From assembly GCA_017451395.1 (NCBI GenBank), contig JAFSPR010000059.1, positions 4,543-68,542 on the forward strand: a stretch of DNA of 64,000 bases, given 5' to 3'. Numbering within the stretch: the first letter of the stretch is position 1; every line of letters starts with the position of its first letter. The translations under genes and the position numbers were made by a program. Below, in pieces: positions 8,983 to 17,176 of this stretch. The notes under the pieces are model-generated. The model searched no databases. It was not told the DNA's origin and saw only the letters and a program-made list of their open reading frames with translations. Origin of the DNA: Bacteroidales bacterium (GTDB lineage: Bacteria; Bacteroidota; Bacteroidia; Bacteroidales; UBA932).

Positions 8983-9968
8983 TTGTAGCGGTAGTAGGAG
9001 CCACCGGCCTGGTTGGCTCAAAGATGTTGCAGGTTCTAGAGGAACGCGCGTTCCCGGTGACGGAGTTGTTGCCGGTTGCCTCGGAGCGTTCCTGGGGCAA
9101 GAAAGTCACGTTTAAAGGCCGTGAGTGGACGGTAATGAGTCCGGATGACGCCATCGCCCGGAAGCCCGCCCTTGCCATTTTCTCCGCCGGAGGGGCTGTA
9201 TCGGCCCAGTTGGCGCCGCGTTTTGCGGAGATTGGCTGCTATGTGGTGGATAACTCCTCCTATTGGCGTATGGACCCTTCCGTGCCGCTGGTGGTGCCGG
9301 AGATCAATGCCGATGTCCTGACCAAGGAGGATCACATCATCGCCAACCCCAACTGCTCCACCATCCAGATGGTCCTGCCGCTGGCGCCTCTTCACAAGGT
9401 CTACGGCATCAAACGAATTGTTGTAAGCACTTACCAGAGCGTCACCGGCGCCGGCCAGAAGGGCATTGAGCAACTTGAGGCAGAGATGGCCGGCGGCAAG
9501 GGCACCAAATTCCCTCACCAGATATTCCTGAACGTGCTTCCGCATATAGACTCCTTCCTGCCTGACGGCTACACCAAGGAGGAGATGAAGATGGTGAACG
9601 AAACCCGGAAGATCCTTCGTGACCCTTCCATCGCCGTTTCCGCCACCACCGTCCGTGTCCCCGTAAAGGGCGGCCATTCAGAGAGCGTGAACCTGGAGTT
9701 CAACAGGCCTTATGAGTTATCTGAGGCCGTAAAACTTATGGCCGATATGCCCGGTGTAGTGGTTCAGGATGACCCTGCGAACAACATCTATCCTATGCCC
9801 ATAACGGCCTGGGAGAAGGACGATGTATTTGTCGGCCGCATCCGCCGGGATACATCCGTGGAAAATGGCCTCAATCTCTGGTGCGTATGTGACAACATCC
9901 GAAAAGGCGCCGCCACAAACGCCGTCCAGATAGCGCAGGTGCTGCTCCGTAACGGCTGGCTGGGATGA
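8979..9968 (+). CDS. asd: Aspartate-semialdehyde dehydrogenase
   Basis: VVGATGLVG, DNSSYWRM, ANPNCSTIQ, DNIRKGAATNAVQIA. Confidence 0.96.
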   Translation: MIVAVVGATGLVGSKMLQVLEERAFPVTELLPVASERSWGKKVTFKGREWTVMSPDDAIARKPALAIFSAGGAVSAQLAPRFAEIGCYVVDNSSYWRMDPSVPLVVPEINADVLTKEDHIIANPNCSTIQMVLPLAPLHKVYGIKRIVVSTYQSVTGAGQKGIEQLEAEMAGGKGTKFPHQIFLNVLPHIDSFLPDGYTKEEMKMVNETRKILRDPSIAVSATTVRVPVKGGHSESVNLEFNRPYELSEAVKLMADMPGVVVQDDPANNIYPMPITAWEKDDVFVGRIRRDTSVENGLNLWCVCDNIRKGAATNAVQIAQVLLRNGWLG

Positions 9969-9995
9969 CCCCTGTCATTTAAATCTCATTAAACG

Positions 9996-11231
9996 ATGAA
10001 CTGGGAACTGTTTAAAGACATACTGAGCATTGATTCCACTTCCGGCAAGGAGCGGGATATGGCACTGTGGCTCAATGACCACCTTGAGGCACCCTCCAAG
10101 GAACTTATGGAAGTTGGCGACGGCACCCTGAACCTCTTCCTCAAGTGGGGCACTCCCCGCGTGGTTTTCTGCACCCATATGGACACAGTCCCGCCGTATA
10201 TTGCCCCTGAGTTTCCGGAGTTACTTGAGTTATCGGAGGAGGGACCCTTCGGAGGGACTCCGCTCGCTACGCTCGCTCCGGCCCCTCCCACTGGCACAAG
10301 TGCCGGATTGGGAGCAAGCTCCCATCCGTCCCTTATGCCAGCGGGCCCCTCCCCCTACCCTTGTGCGGGGGTGCACAAGCCCTCCGAAGGGTCCCCCCTC
10401 CCGATAACCGGCCGGGGCAGTTGTGACGCAAAGGGGCAAATATTTGCAATGTACACTGCGTGTAAGGAGTTGGAGGCAAAGGGGTGCACGGGTTTCGGAC
10501 TGCTCATACTGGCAGGGGAGGAGACCGGTTCATGGGGTGCCAAGGCGTTTTCCAAAACTGGTTTTGAGGCGCCGTTCCTCATTGTGGGAGAGCCCACGGA
10601 CAACAAGATGGTCAGTGCCGCAAAGGGCACTCTGTCATACGATCTGAAGTTTACAGGAGAGGCGTTCCACAGTGGTTATCCGCAGTTTGGAATAAGTGCC
10701 GTAGAACTCTTTAACCAGTTCTACAATGCCCTGAAGGCCGTTGAATGGGGTCTTGACCCGGAACTTGGGGAGACAACGTGGAACATCGGCCTGCTGCACT
10801 CCGACAACCCCCAGAACATCCTCTCACCGGAGCTTACCTGCCGGCTGTACTTCCGCACTACGTTCCTTTCGCATCAGGCCGTGCAGACGTGGATGGCAGG
10901 GGTGCCAGAGGCCCTTTCCTCCGCGTTGCTTCGCAACCCTGTCCGGGCAAATGCTCCGGAAAGGGCCTCTGCGCCCCTGCTCACGGTCACGCCCCGTGGC
11001 GGAGACGTGCCGGCGCGGTACGTGACGCTGCCGGGCTTTGAAAGCGCCCCCGTGGCGTTTGGCAGTGACGCCCCGCACCTTACGGGCTTCGGCCACAAGA
11101 TCATCTGTGGCCCCGGAAGCATTAAGGTAGCTCACCGGGACAATGAGAACGTCCTTGCAGCGGACCTTGAGAAAGCGGTGGAACATTATGTGAAAATGTG
11201 CCGTTTTTTACAAAACATTGATAATAAATAA
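9996..11231 (+). CDS. M20 family deacylase (DapE/ArgE-like) with two in-frame palindromic insertions
   Basis: THMDTVP, GRGSCDAKG, GEET, VGEPT, GPGSIKVAH metal-binding motifs; position in the dap operon suggests DapE function. Confidence 0.85.
   Translation: MNWELFKDILSIDSTSGKERDMALWLNDHLEAPSKELMEVGDGTLNLFLKWGTPRVVFCTHMDTVPPYIAPEFPELLELSEEGPFGGTPLATLAPAPPTGTSAGLGASSHPSLMPAGPSPYPCAGVHKPSEGSPLPITGRGSCDAKGQIFAMYTACKELEAKGCTGFGLLILAGEETGSWGAKAFSKTGFEAPFLIVGEPTDNKMVSAAKGTLSYDLKFTGEAFHSGYPQFGISAVELFNQFYNALKAVEWGLDPELGETTWNIGLLHSDNPQNILSPELTCRLYFRTTFLSHQAVQTWMAGVPEALSSALLRNPVRANAPERASAPLLTVTPRGGDVPARYVTLPGFESAPVAFGSDAPHLTGFGHKIICGPGSIKVAHRDNENVLAADLEKAVEHYVKMCRFLQNIDNK
10229..10408 (+). repeat. Structured palindromic element (CCCTCCC family), 180 bp, in frame in M20 gene
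   Basis: Inverted termini GTTATCGGAGGAGGGACCCTTCGGAGGG / CCCTCCGAAGGGTCCCCCCTCCCGATAAC; internal CCCCTCCC and GGGCCCCTCCC. Confidence 0.8.
10896..10980 (+). repeat. Short palindromic element in frame in M20 gene
   Basis: GCAGGGGTGCCAGAGGCCCTTTCC / GGAAAGGGCCTCTGCGCCCCTGC termini with internal GTTGC-TTC-GCAAC hairpin. Confidence 0.75.
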
Positions 11232-11300
11232 GTTACGGATTTTACTCCGGGTAAAAATGACGGGAGTAAATGTTGTAACAAACTGATAGTCAGACAGATA
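11211..11300. repeat. Box-40bp-box element, core type B
   Basis: CAA-AACAT-TGA-TAA-TAA-ATAAG-TTA, 40-bp spacer (TTTACTCC...GGAGTAAA), TAA-CAAAC-TGA-TAG-TCA-GACAG-ATA. Confidence 0.72.
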
Positions 11301-11311
11301 GCAAAAACGCA

Positions 11312-11974
11312 ATGATTAAGGTAGTTATCAGCGGCTATGGCAAGATGGGCCATATGGTGGAAAAAGAACTGCAAAGCCGCGGCATAGAGCTGGTAGATGC
11401 CAGTGAGGACATAACCGCAACCCCCAAGGATGTTGCCAAGGAGTGCGTGTGCATTGATTTCACCACCCCCGAGGCATTTCGGAAGAACTACCCGTTCATA
11501 GCGCAGAACTTCAAGGCGGCGGTTATCGGCACAACCGGCTGGAATGACATCAAGGCCGATGTTATCAAAGCCTTCACCGATGCCGGTACACCTATGGTGT
11601 ATGCCTCCAACTTCTCCCTTGGCGTGAATGCCCTCTACCTTGCAATCACAAAGGCATCGGAAATCCTGAAGGGCGCGGGCTACACCCCTGAGATTGAGGA
11701 AATCCATCATATCCACAAACTGGACGCCCCTTCCGGAACGGCAAAATCTATGGGTGAACTGGTAGAGAGATTCCTTGGGGAAAAGCCAGAGATCACATCC
11801 ATCCGTGAAGGCGAAGTCCCCGGCATCCACACTCTCACCCTCACTTCCGGCTGTGACAAACTCACGCTTCGCCACGAAGCCTTCTCCCGCGAGGGTTTTG
11901 CCAAGGGCGCCGTTGTTGCTGCCCTTAAAACCGAAGGCCTCAAAGGCGTACACGAATTCTCAGAGCTGCTATGA
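11312..11974 (+). CDS. dapB: 4-hydroxy-tetrahydrodipicolinate reductase
   Basis: GYGKMG, IGTTGW, ASNFSLG, EIHHIHKLDAPSGTA. Confidence 0.95.
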   Translation: MIKVVISGYGKMGHMVEKELQSRGIELVDASEDITATPKDVAKECVCIDFTTPEAFRKNYPFIAQNFKAAVIGTTGWNDIKADVIKAFTDAGTPMVYASNFSLGVNALYLAITKASEILKGAGYTPEIEEIHHIHKLDAPSGTAKSMGELVERFLGEKPEITSIREGEVPGIHTLTLTSGCDKLTLRHEAFSREGFAKGAVVAALKTEGLKGVHEFSELL

Positions 11975-14016
11975 GTTACAGGGTTTTAAAGTTTGGCGGC
12001 AGTTCCGTAGCCAGCGCAACGGCTATGTCCAGGGTCCTGGATATAGTTGAAAAGGAGGCGCAAAAGGGTACGGTGATACTGGTTTCCAGCGCCATCAGCG
12101 GCTGCACGGATGCCCTCCTTGACGGCGGTCCCAAGGCCATCAAGGAAATGCAGAAGCGCCATCAGGACATACTGAAACGCCTTTTTACCGGAGAGGAACG
12201 GGAAGAAATCCAGGCCCGCATAGACGGCCTTTTCCGTGAACTTGCCGTCACGCCAAAGGAAGAGCAGGTTACCTTCGGAGAACTTCTTTCCACTACAATC
12301 CTTGCCGCCAAACTCAGGCAGGAAGGCTATGATGCCAAGTGGCTGGACTCCCGTAAACTGGTTGTAAAGGACAATCAGGAGGAGACATACAAGCGCATAC
12401 AAAAAGCCGTGGAAGGCGCAGAAATTTACATCGCCCCCGGCTTTATCTGTCAGGACGGGGCAGGCAAGGTCTGCACCCTCGGCCGCGGCGGCTCTGACTT
12501 CAGCGCAGCCCTCTATGCCGCCGCCGTAAAGGCCCATTCCCTCCAGATCTGGACCGACGTCCCCGGCATAATGACCGCCAACCCCAAGCAGGTCCCGCAG
12601 GCCCGAACCATCCCCACAATGACTTACAATGCCGCCCTCCAGATGGCCTCTCACGGAGCAAAGGTGCTTTATGCGCCCACCGTGGCCCCCGCAATGGAAG
12701 CCGGTATAGACATAGAAATCAAGAACACTTTTGCCCCGGAAGGGAAGTACACAGTCATCGGTAAGGAAGGCCCTAAAGGCTGGATTGGTGTTGCTTCTCA
12801 GGCCGATACAATAACCGTAGTAGGCTCCGGCGAGGACGGCGTGCTCAGGGCGGAAAAGGCCCTTCTCACAGAGGGGATATCGGCCCTTAGCATCAAGGAA
12901 ACGGATGCCGGCGTTGAACTCAAGGTGCGCCATAAAGTACTGGAGCAGGCCCTGAGAGCCCTCCACAGGGCATTTTTCCAGGATTTGCCCGTAAGCGAAC
13001 TAAGCCTTTTCATTGCCGGAGACGGCGCCGTGGCCCACGCCCTTTACAATATGATAAAGAGTGCGGCAGAGAACGTGGAGGCCCGCACCGGAAAGCGCCT
13101 CACAATAGTTGGTAAGGCCAACAGCAAACGCTACGGAATTGACCTCACCGGCCATCCCGTAATCAACACGTCCGGCTCCTACGTAGACGCCATCATCAAC
13201 GTGGCTCCCAAGGGCTCCATCTTTGTGGACTGCACAGATTCAGAAACCCTTTACAAGCGCTACACAGACCTCCTGGAGGCCGGAATAGGCGTTATTTCAT
13301 CCAACCGTCGCTCCTTTGCAGTGCCCTATCCGGAGTTTGCCGCAATGCACGCCGCCGCCCGAGAAAACGGTGTTCCGCTGCGCTATGAGACCACTGTGGG
13401 CGCCGCCCTTCCCATCCTGGAATCCATTTCCCGCGGGGCCAACAGTTCCGACGAAGTTACCTCCATCGAAGCCGTTGTCTCCTGCACGCTCAACCAGATC
13501 CTGGGAGACTATCTCCCCGGCCGGGAATCCTTTGCAAGCATGGTAAGACGTGCCCAGGAGGCCGGTCTCACTGAGGCCGATCCCCGTATGGACCTTGGCG
13601 GAAAGGATGCGCTAAGGAAACTTCTCATCCTCTCCCGTGAGGCCGGCGTACGTCTGGAAGAAAAAGATGTAAGGGTGGAACCTATCCTCCCTGCCGATGC
13701 CTTCAAAGGCACCGTAGAGGACTTCTACGCCGCCCTGGAGGCCTATGAGCCGGAACTTGCCAGAAAGGCCGATGCCGCCAGCGCCAAAGGCGAGCGCCTC
13801 CGCTTTGTTGCATATCTAAGGAAAAACGGTAAGTCCTACGAGGCGGGAATCGGCATAAGGAGTGTTGCTCCGGAACATCCCGCATTCTTCCTCCGCGGAA
13901 CGGAAAACGCCATCATCGTACGCAGTGCATTCCACCCCTACCCGCTGGTAATCCAGGGCCCCGGCGAAGGCGCCCGCGAGGCCGCCAGCAGTATTCTGAA
14001 CGATATTTTAAGGTAA
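11971..14016 (+). CDS. thrA: Bifunctional aspartokinase/homoserine dehydrogenase with shortened ACT region
   Basis: VLKFGGSSV, TLGRGGSDFSA, WTDVPG (AK); YETTVGAALP, EADPRMDLGGKD (HSDH). thrA versus metL cannot be resolved from sequence alone. Confidence 0.85.
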   Translation: MSYRVLKFGGSSVASATAMSRVLDIVEKEAQKGTVILVSSAISGCTDALLDGGPKAIKEMQKRHQDILKRLFTGEEREEIQARIDGLFRELAVTPKEEQVTFGELLSTTILAAKLRQEGYDAKWLDSRKLVVKDNQEETYKRIQKAVEGAEIYIAPGFICQDGAGKVCTLGRGGSDFSAALYAAAVKAHSLQIWTDVPGIMTANPKQVPQARTIPTMTYNAALQMASHGAKVLYAPTVAPAMEAGIDIEIKNTFAPEGKYTVIGKEGPKGWIGVASQADTITVVGSGEDGVLRAEKALLTEGISALSIKETDAGVELKVRHKVLEQALRALHRAFFQDLPVSELSLFIAGDGAVAHALYNMIKSAAENVEARTGKRLTIVGKANSKRYGIDLTGHPVINTSGSYVDAIINVAPKGSIFVDCTDSETLYKRYTDLLEAGIGVISSNRRSFAVPYPEFAAMHAAARENGVPLRYETTVGAALPILESISRGANSSDEVTSIEAVVSCTLNQILGDYLPGRESFASMVRRAQEAGLTEADPRMDLGGKDALRKLLILSREAGVRLEEKDVRVEPILPADAFKGTVEDFYAALEAYEPELARKADAASAKGERLRFVAYLRKNGKSYEAGIGIRSVAPEHPAFFLRGTENAIIVRSAFHPYPLVIQGPGEGAREAASSILNDILR

Positions 14017-14460
14017 GAGATGCTCTGCCCCGACCTGGCATCCTGTAATCCCTGCGCCCTTTTACGGTTAGCCGTGGCCTTTGGCCCCGTCTAACGTCGT
14101 CGAACAAGTTCCGCAATGCCCGTCTGAGACATGACAGGTTCAAGACCAAGATTTTTCCCCTGGCATGCCACATCCGGTCACCGCTTCCTACACCGGCCTC
14201 CGCACATCCCCTTTTTTGCCAATTTGCTCTGGCATATCCCTCTCCCTGCAAAACAAAATGATCACGTACCTTGGGCAGGGCTGGATATGTTGTGCTGGCA
14301 GACTTCAGAAACTTAAACGGCGCTTTATACTCTGTAGAGCCGATTTTGCCGTTTACCCACCTTCCTGTATATGGGGTAAAAGGCACCACCCCTGCCCACA
14401 GGCAACTCCAGGGCCGCCCAGCGTCGTTCATGTTTCGGAAACAAGGCCTAGCCACCTACT

Positions 14461-14564
14461 GCCGGTACTCAACACGGACGTTTAATGCCTTTTTTGCGTG
14501 CGGCGAGTACCGGCCGGTACTGAACACGTGCGATTAATGCTATAAGTGCACGCGGAGAGTACCC
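14461..14564. repeat. Tandem dimer of a 52-bp palindromic unit
   Basis: Units 14461-14512 and 14513-14564, each GCCGGTACT...GAGTACC. Confidence 0.75.
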
Positions 14565-14740
14565 GTAGCTATATTGGCCACAATGTGCATGGCCGCAAAT
14601 CCACTTATAACGCTCAGAATGAGGATTACTTGTACTCGCGGCAAGGATTTATGCCTTTAATCGCCATTTATTGTGCCGCGAATCCGGGAAATATGCCCGG
14701 CTTTTGGATGGAATGGCAACATACAGAATAGCGTCATCCA

Positions 14741-14846
14741 GTGGAGGTTAATATGTTAAATAGCAGGTATTTACGTGATTCTTTAGGATTACCGGTTTTC
14801 CCATGTAATCCGGTAAACGATTGATTTTCTGTAACATGAGCCCCAT
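14741..14846 (-). repeat. Box-40bp-box element, core type A (decayed tail)
   Basis: GTGGAGG, box 14749-14773, spacer containing GATTCTTTAGGATTACCGGTTTTCCC, box 14814-14838. Confidence 0.7.
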
Positions 14847-15063
14847 CGACACAGGGAAACCATAAAGTGTGTGAGGTTTATGGTGAGAAAGAAACACAGG
14901 GTTTTGGACTTGGTCCTGTTTTCAATGAACTTTTGTTGTTAAACGTATATTATCGCGGAGTCTGTCGCCTGGCGACTCGCTACGCATTAAATTTTACCGA
15001 AGTATTGTTATATATTTCATTTTTATATATTTTTGCGTATTGCTTTATTAACGTTTTATTATT

Positions 15064-15936
15064 ATGAAAAAGCTGTTTTTTCTGGCATTTTGGGCATGCG
15101 CTTGCATATGCTGCGCAAAGAATGTTTCAGATGATAACATGGTATCAGGCTCAAATATAATCAACAGCTCTGACACTATGTATGTCGCTTACAGTGTAGG
15201 AGCTTATCAAAAAGATAGATTGGAGATTCTTTATCCGCGGAATGCATATGTAAAGTTCGATAAAACCGAGAGTGGAGACGTGTCCATTTCTGTGTTTTAT
15301 TCATGGAGAGAATCCGGTTCTAAAGGCTTCATGACAAAGATTCCAAGTATAGGCAAAATAGACATAAGCAACGACTTTAACTTCTCCGGAACGGGAATTG
15401 CTATAGAGTGTAAAACATGGTCCGGTTTGTGGGAAGAGAAGCCTCAGGATATCACTGTGGATATCAAATGCTCCTTCAAGAAGGATTCCGGAGAAGATGC
15501 TCTGAGCCTTGTGATAACGCCTTCTGACAACAAGTATTTCCCAATACTAAAGATTTCGAAAGTAAGCAATCATAAAATTGATTATGAGCGCGGAGGGAGT
15601 ATTGTGGAGTTCGCGGATGAATATTTTGTATTCCACAATGAACTGGACGTCCCAGTTTCAATTAATTTGGTTTCTTATCCCTTCCATATTAAATTGGATG
15701 CCCATAAGTCTGAAACCGTTGAAGCCGATAGTTTTCCCGGATACTTCGTTGAGGAAGAATCAGACGCTATATTGATAATTAATGAGTCGGAGTATAATGT
15801 TCACTTATGCAGCACCGGATTATATTCATCAGAAGATGTCACAGAGTGCTCAGTATGCGGGGGTGAATTATATGTCCACACTGTTCAATATAGACATTTT
15901 AATATAACCTCCGATCTTTTACAAACCCTATTATAG
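15064..15936 (+). CDS. Hypothetical exported/lipoprotein, AT-rich
   Basis: 290-aa ORF with signal-like N-terminus (MKKLFFLAFWACACICC); TATTTTTG-type box upstream; no family recognised. Confidence 0.65.
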   Translation: MKKLFFLAFWACACICCAKNVSDDNMVSGSNIINSSDTMYVAYSVGAYQKDRLEILYPRNAYVKFDKTESGDVSISVFYSWRESGSKGFMTKIPSIGKIDISNDFNFSGTGIAIECKTWSGLWEEKPQDITVDIKCSFKKDSGEDALSLVITPSDNKYFPILKISKVSNHKIDYERGGSIVEFADEYFVFHNELDVPVSINLVSYPFHIKLDAHKSETVEADSFPGYFVEEESDAILIINESEYNVHLCSTGLYSSEDVTECSVCGGELYVHTVQYRHFNITSDLLQTLL

Positions 15937-15971
15937 ACCTCGTTTTGGCTTGGGGCTGGTATACGAGGTAA

Positions 15972-15998
15972 AAGATACCCGGTTAGGCCGGGTATGAC
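15972..15998. repeat. CGTC-tagged REP-like palindrome (intergenic)
   Basis: AAGATACCCGGTTAGGCCGGGTATGAC(G), between convergent genes; same consensus as the copies in mutL, dacB and the OstA-like gene. Confidence 0.7.
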
Positions 15999-16006
15999 GT
16001 GAGAAT

Positions 16007-16777
16007 CTAAATCCTGTCAATATCGGCCCATCCAAACCTGGCGGGATACAGCCAGGCGCGTTCCGTGTGCTCCATAACGCCGTAGTCAAGTGATACCTTG
16101 GGGCATTCACTGTAGGCCCTTTCCACAAAGGCGGGCTCCAGGATGTGCTCCTTCCAGCCGCGGAAAAGTTCCGTCACTTCAGGGACGTACTTTTCAAGTT
16201 CCTGGCAAATTGTATCGGCCTTCCAGATGAAAATACCGCTGTTCCAGAAGAACTCTCCGGTGCGGATAAATACCTCTGCAAGTTCCTGCGAGGGCTTTTC
16301 CGTGAAGGTTTTCACCTTCAGCGGGCCTGCCATCAGGTGAGCGTTGCGGCCCTCCTTCACCTGGATGTAGCCAAAGTTTACCTCGGCCGATTTAGGGACA
16401 ATTCCAAGAGTCATGAGGACATCGTGCTCCTCTACGTAGGCAAAGGCCTCGTTGACAGTTTCGGCGAACATGGATTCGTCCCTGATCACAAGGTCCCAGG
16501 GGGTGGCCACAATCACGGCCTCAGGGTCACGGAGAAGGATGGTGTATGCCGCCAGGGCCATACAGGGTGCCGTTTTTCTTGCGAAAGGTTCCCTTAGGAT
16601 ATTTTCCGGGGGGAGCATAGGCAGAGCCTTTCTGGCTTCATCGGCATACTTTGCGAGCGTTACCACCAGGATGTTCTCATCCGGCACTACGCCCTGGAAT
16701 CTGTTATATGTAAGGGCGTACTGGGAGCGGTTTCCGCTGCCATCGGCCATAATTACACAGTATCTATGGTTATTCAT
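16007..16777 (-). CDS. Mannose-1-phosphate guanylyltransferase-like protein, shortened
   Basis: LREPFARKTAPC, FGYIQ, FTEKP, FFWNSGIFIW, SLDYGVME, FGWADI. N-terminal GGxGxR loop altered and C-terminal beta-helix absent. Confidence 0.75.
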   Translation of the reverse strand: MNNHRYCVIMADGSGNRSQYALTYNRFQGVVPDENILVVTLAKYADEARKALPMLPPENILREPFARKTAPCMALAAYTILLRDPEAVIVATPWDLVIRDESMFAETVNEAFAYVEEHDVLMTLGIVPKSAEVNFGYIQVKEGRNAHLMAGPLKVKTFTEKPSQELAEVFIRTGEFFWNSGIFIWKADTICQELEKYVPEVTELFRGWKEHILEPAFVERAYSECPKVSLDYGVMEHTERAWLYPARFGWADIDRI

Positions 16778-16792
16778 TATGTGGTTGGTTAG

Positions 16793-17176
16793 TTATACAA
16801 ACATTGGTATCCAGGCCTGGGGGAAGTACCTCACAAGGGTTTCCTGCTGCTCTACGGTGACGGAAACAACGTCAAAGAAGACCTCCTGTCCGTAAAGGTG
16901 CTTGGCGCTCAGGTATCTTAGCGCCGCGGCCGATATCCTCTTCTGCTTGAGGGGATTAACTTGGTCACTGATGGTGGTGGTGACGGGAGCCTTACGGGTT
17001 TTCACCTCCACAAAATGAAGGCCGTCAGGGCCCTCCGACACTATGTCTATCTCCAGATGGCCGGCCCGCCAGTTGCGGTCCAGTATGTGCTGGCCGCGGG
17101 ATTCCAGGAAATCGCAGGCCATCTGCTCTCCAAGTTCTCCTAACTTGCTTGTTCTAAGAACGTTCATATCATTCAA
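16793..17176 (-). CDS. YraN-family (UPF0102) endonuclease
   Basis: GELGEQMA...RNWRAGHLEIDIV...FVEVKTR. Confidence 0.9.
   Translation of the reverse strand: MNDMNVLRTSKLGELGEQMACDFLESRGQHILDRNWRAGHLEIDIVSEGPDGLHFVEVKTRKAPVTTTISDQVNPLKQKRISAAALRYLSAKHLYGQEVFFDVVSVTVEQQETLVRYFPQAWIPMFV

Noticed and set aside
10229-10408. Insertions in M20 and dapF as inteins or introns
   Set aside because: Too short, no Cys/Ser start or His-Asn end, no group I/II intron motifs; the DNA is palindromic instead.
14017-14044. GAGATGCTCTGCCCCGACCTGGCATCC as another REP copy
   Set aside because: Resembles the consensus but the tag and stem are degraded; too weak to list as a feature.
13913-14731. Short ORFs after thrA
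   Set aside because: No recognisable motifs, mutually overlapping, and they run through palindromic repeats.
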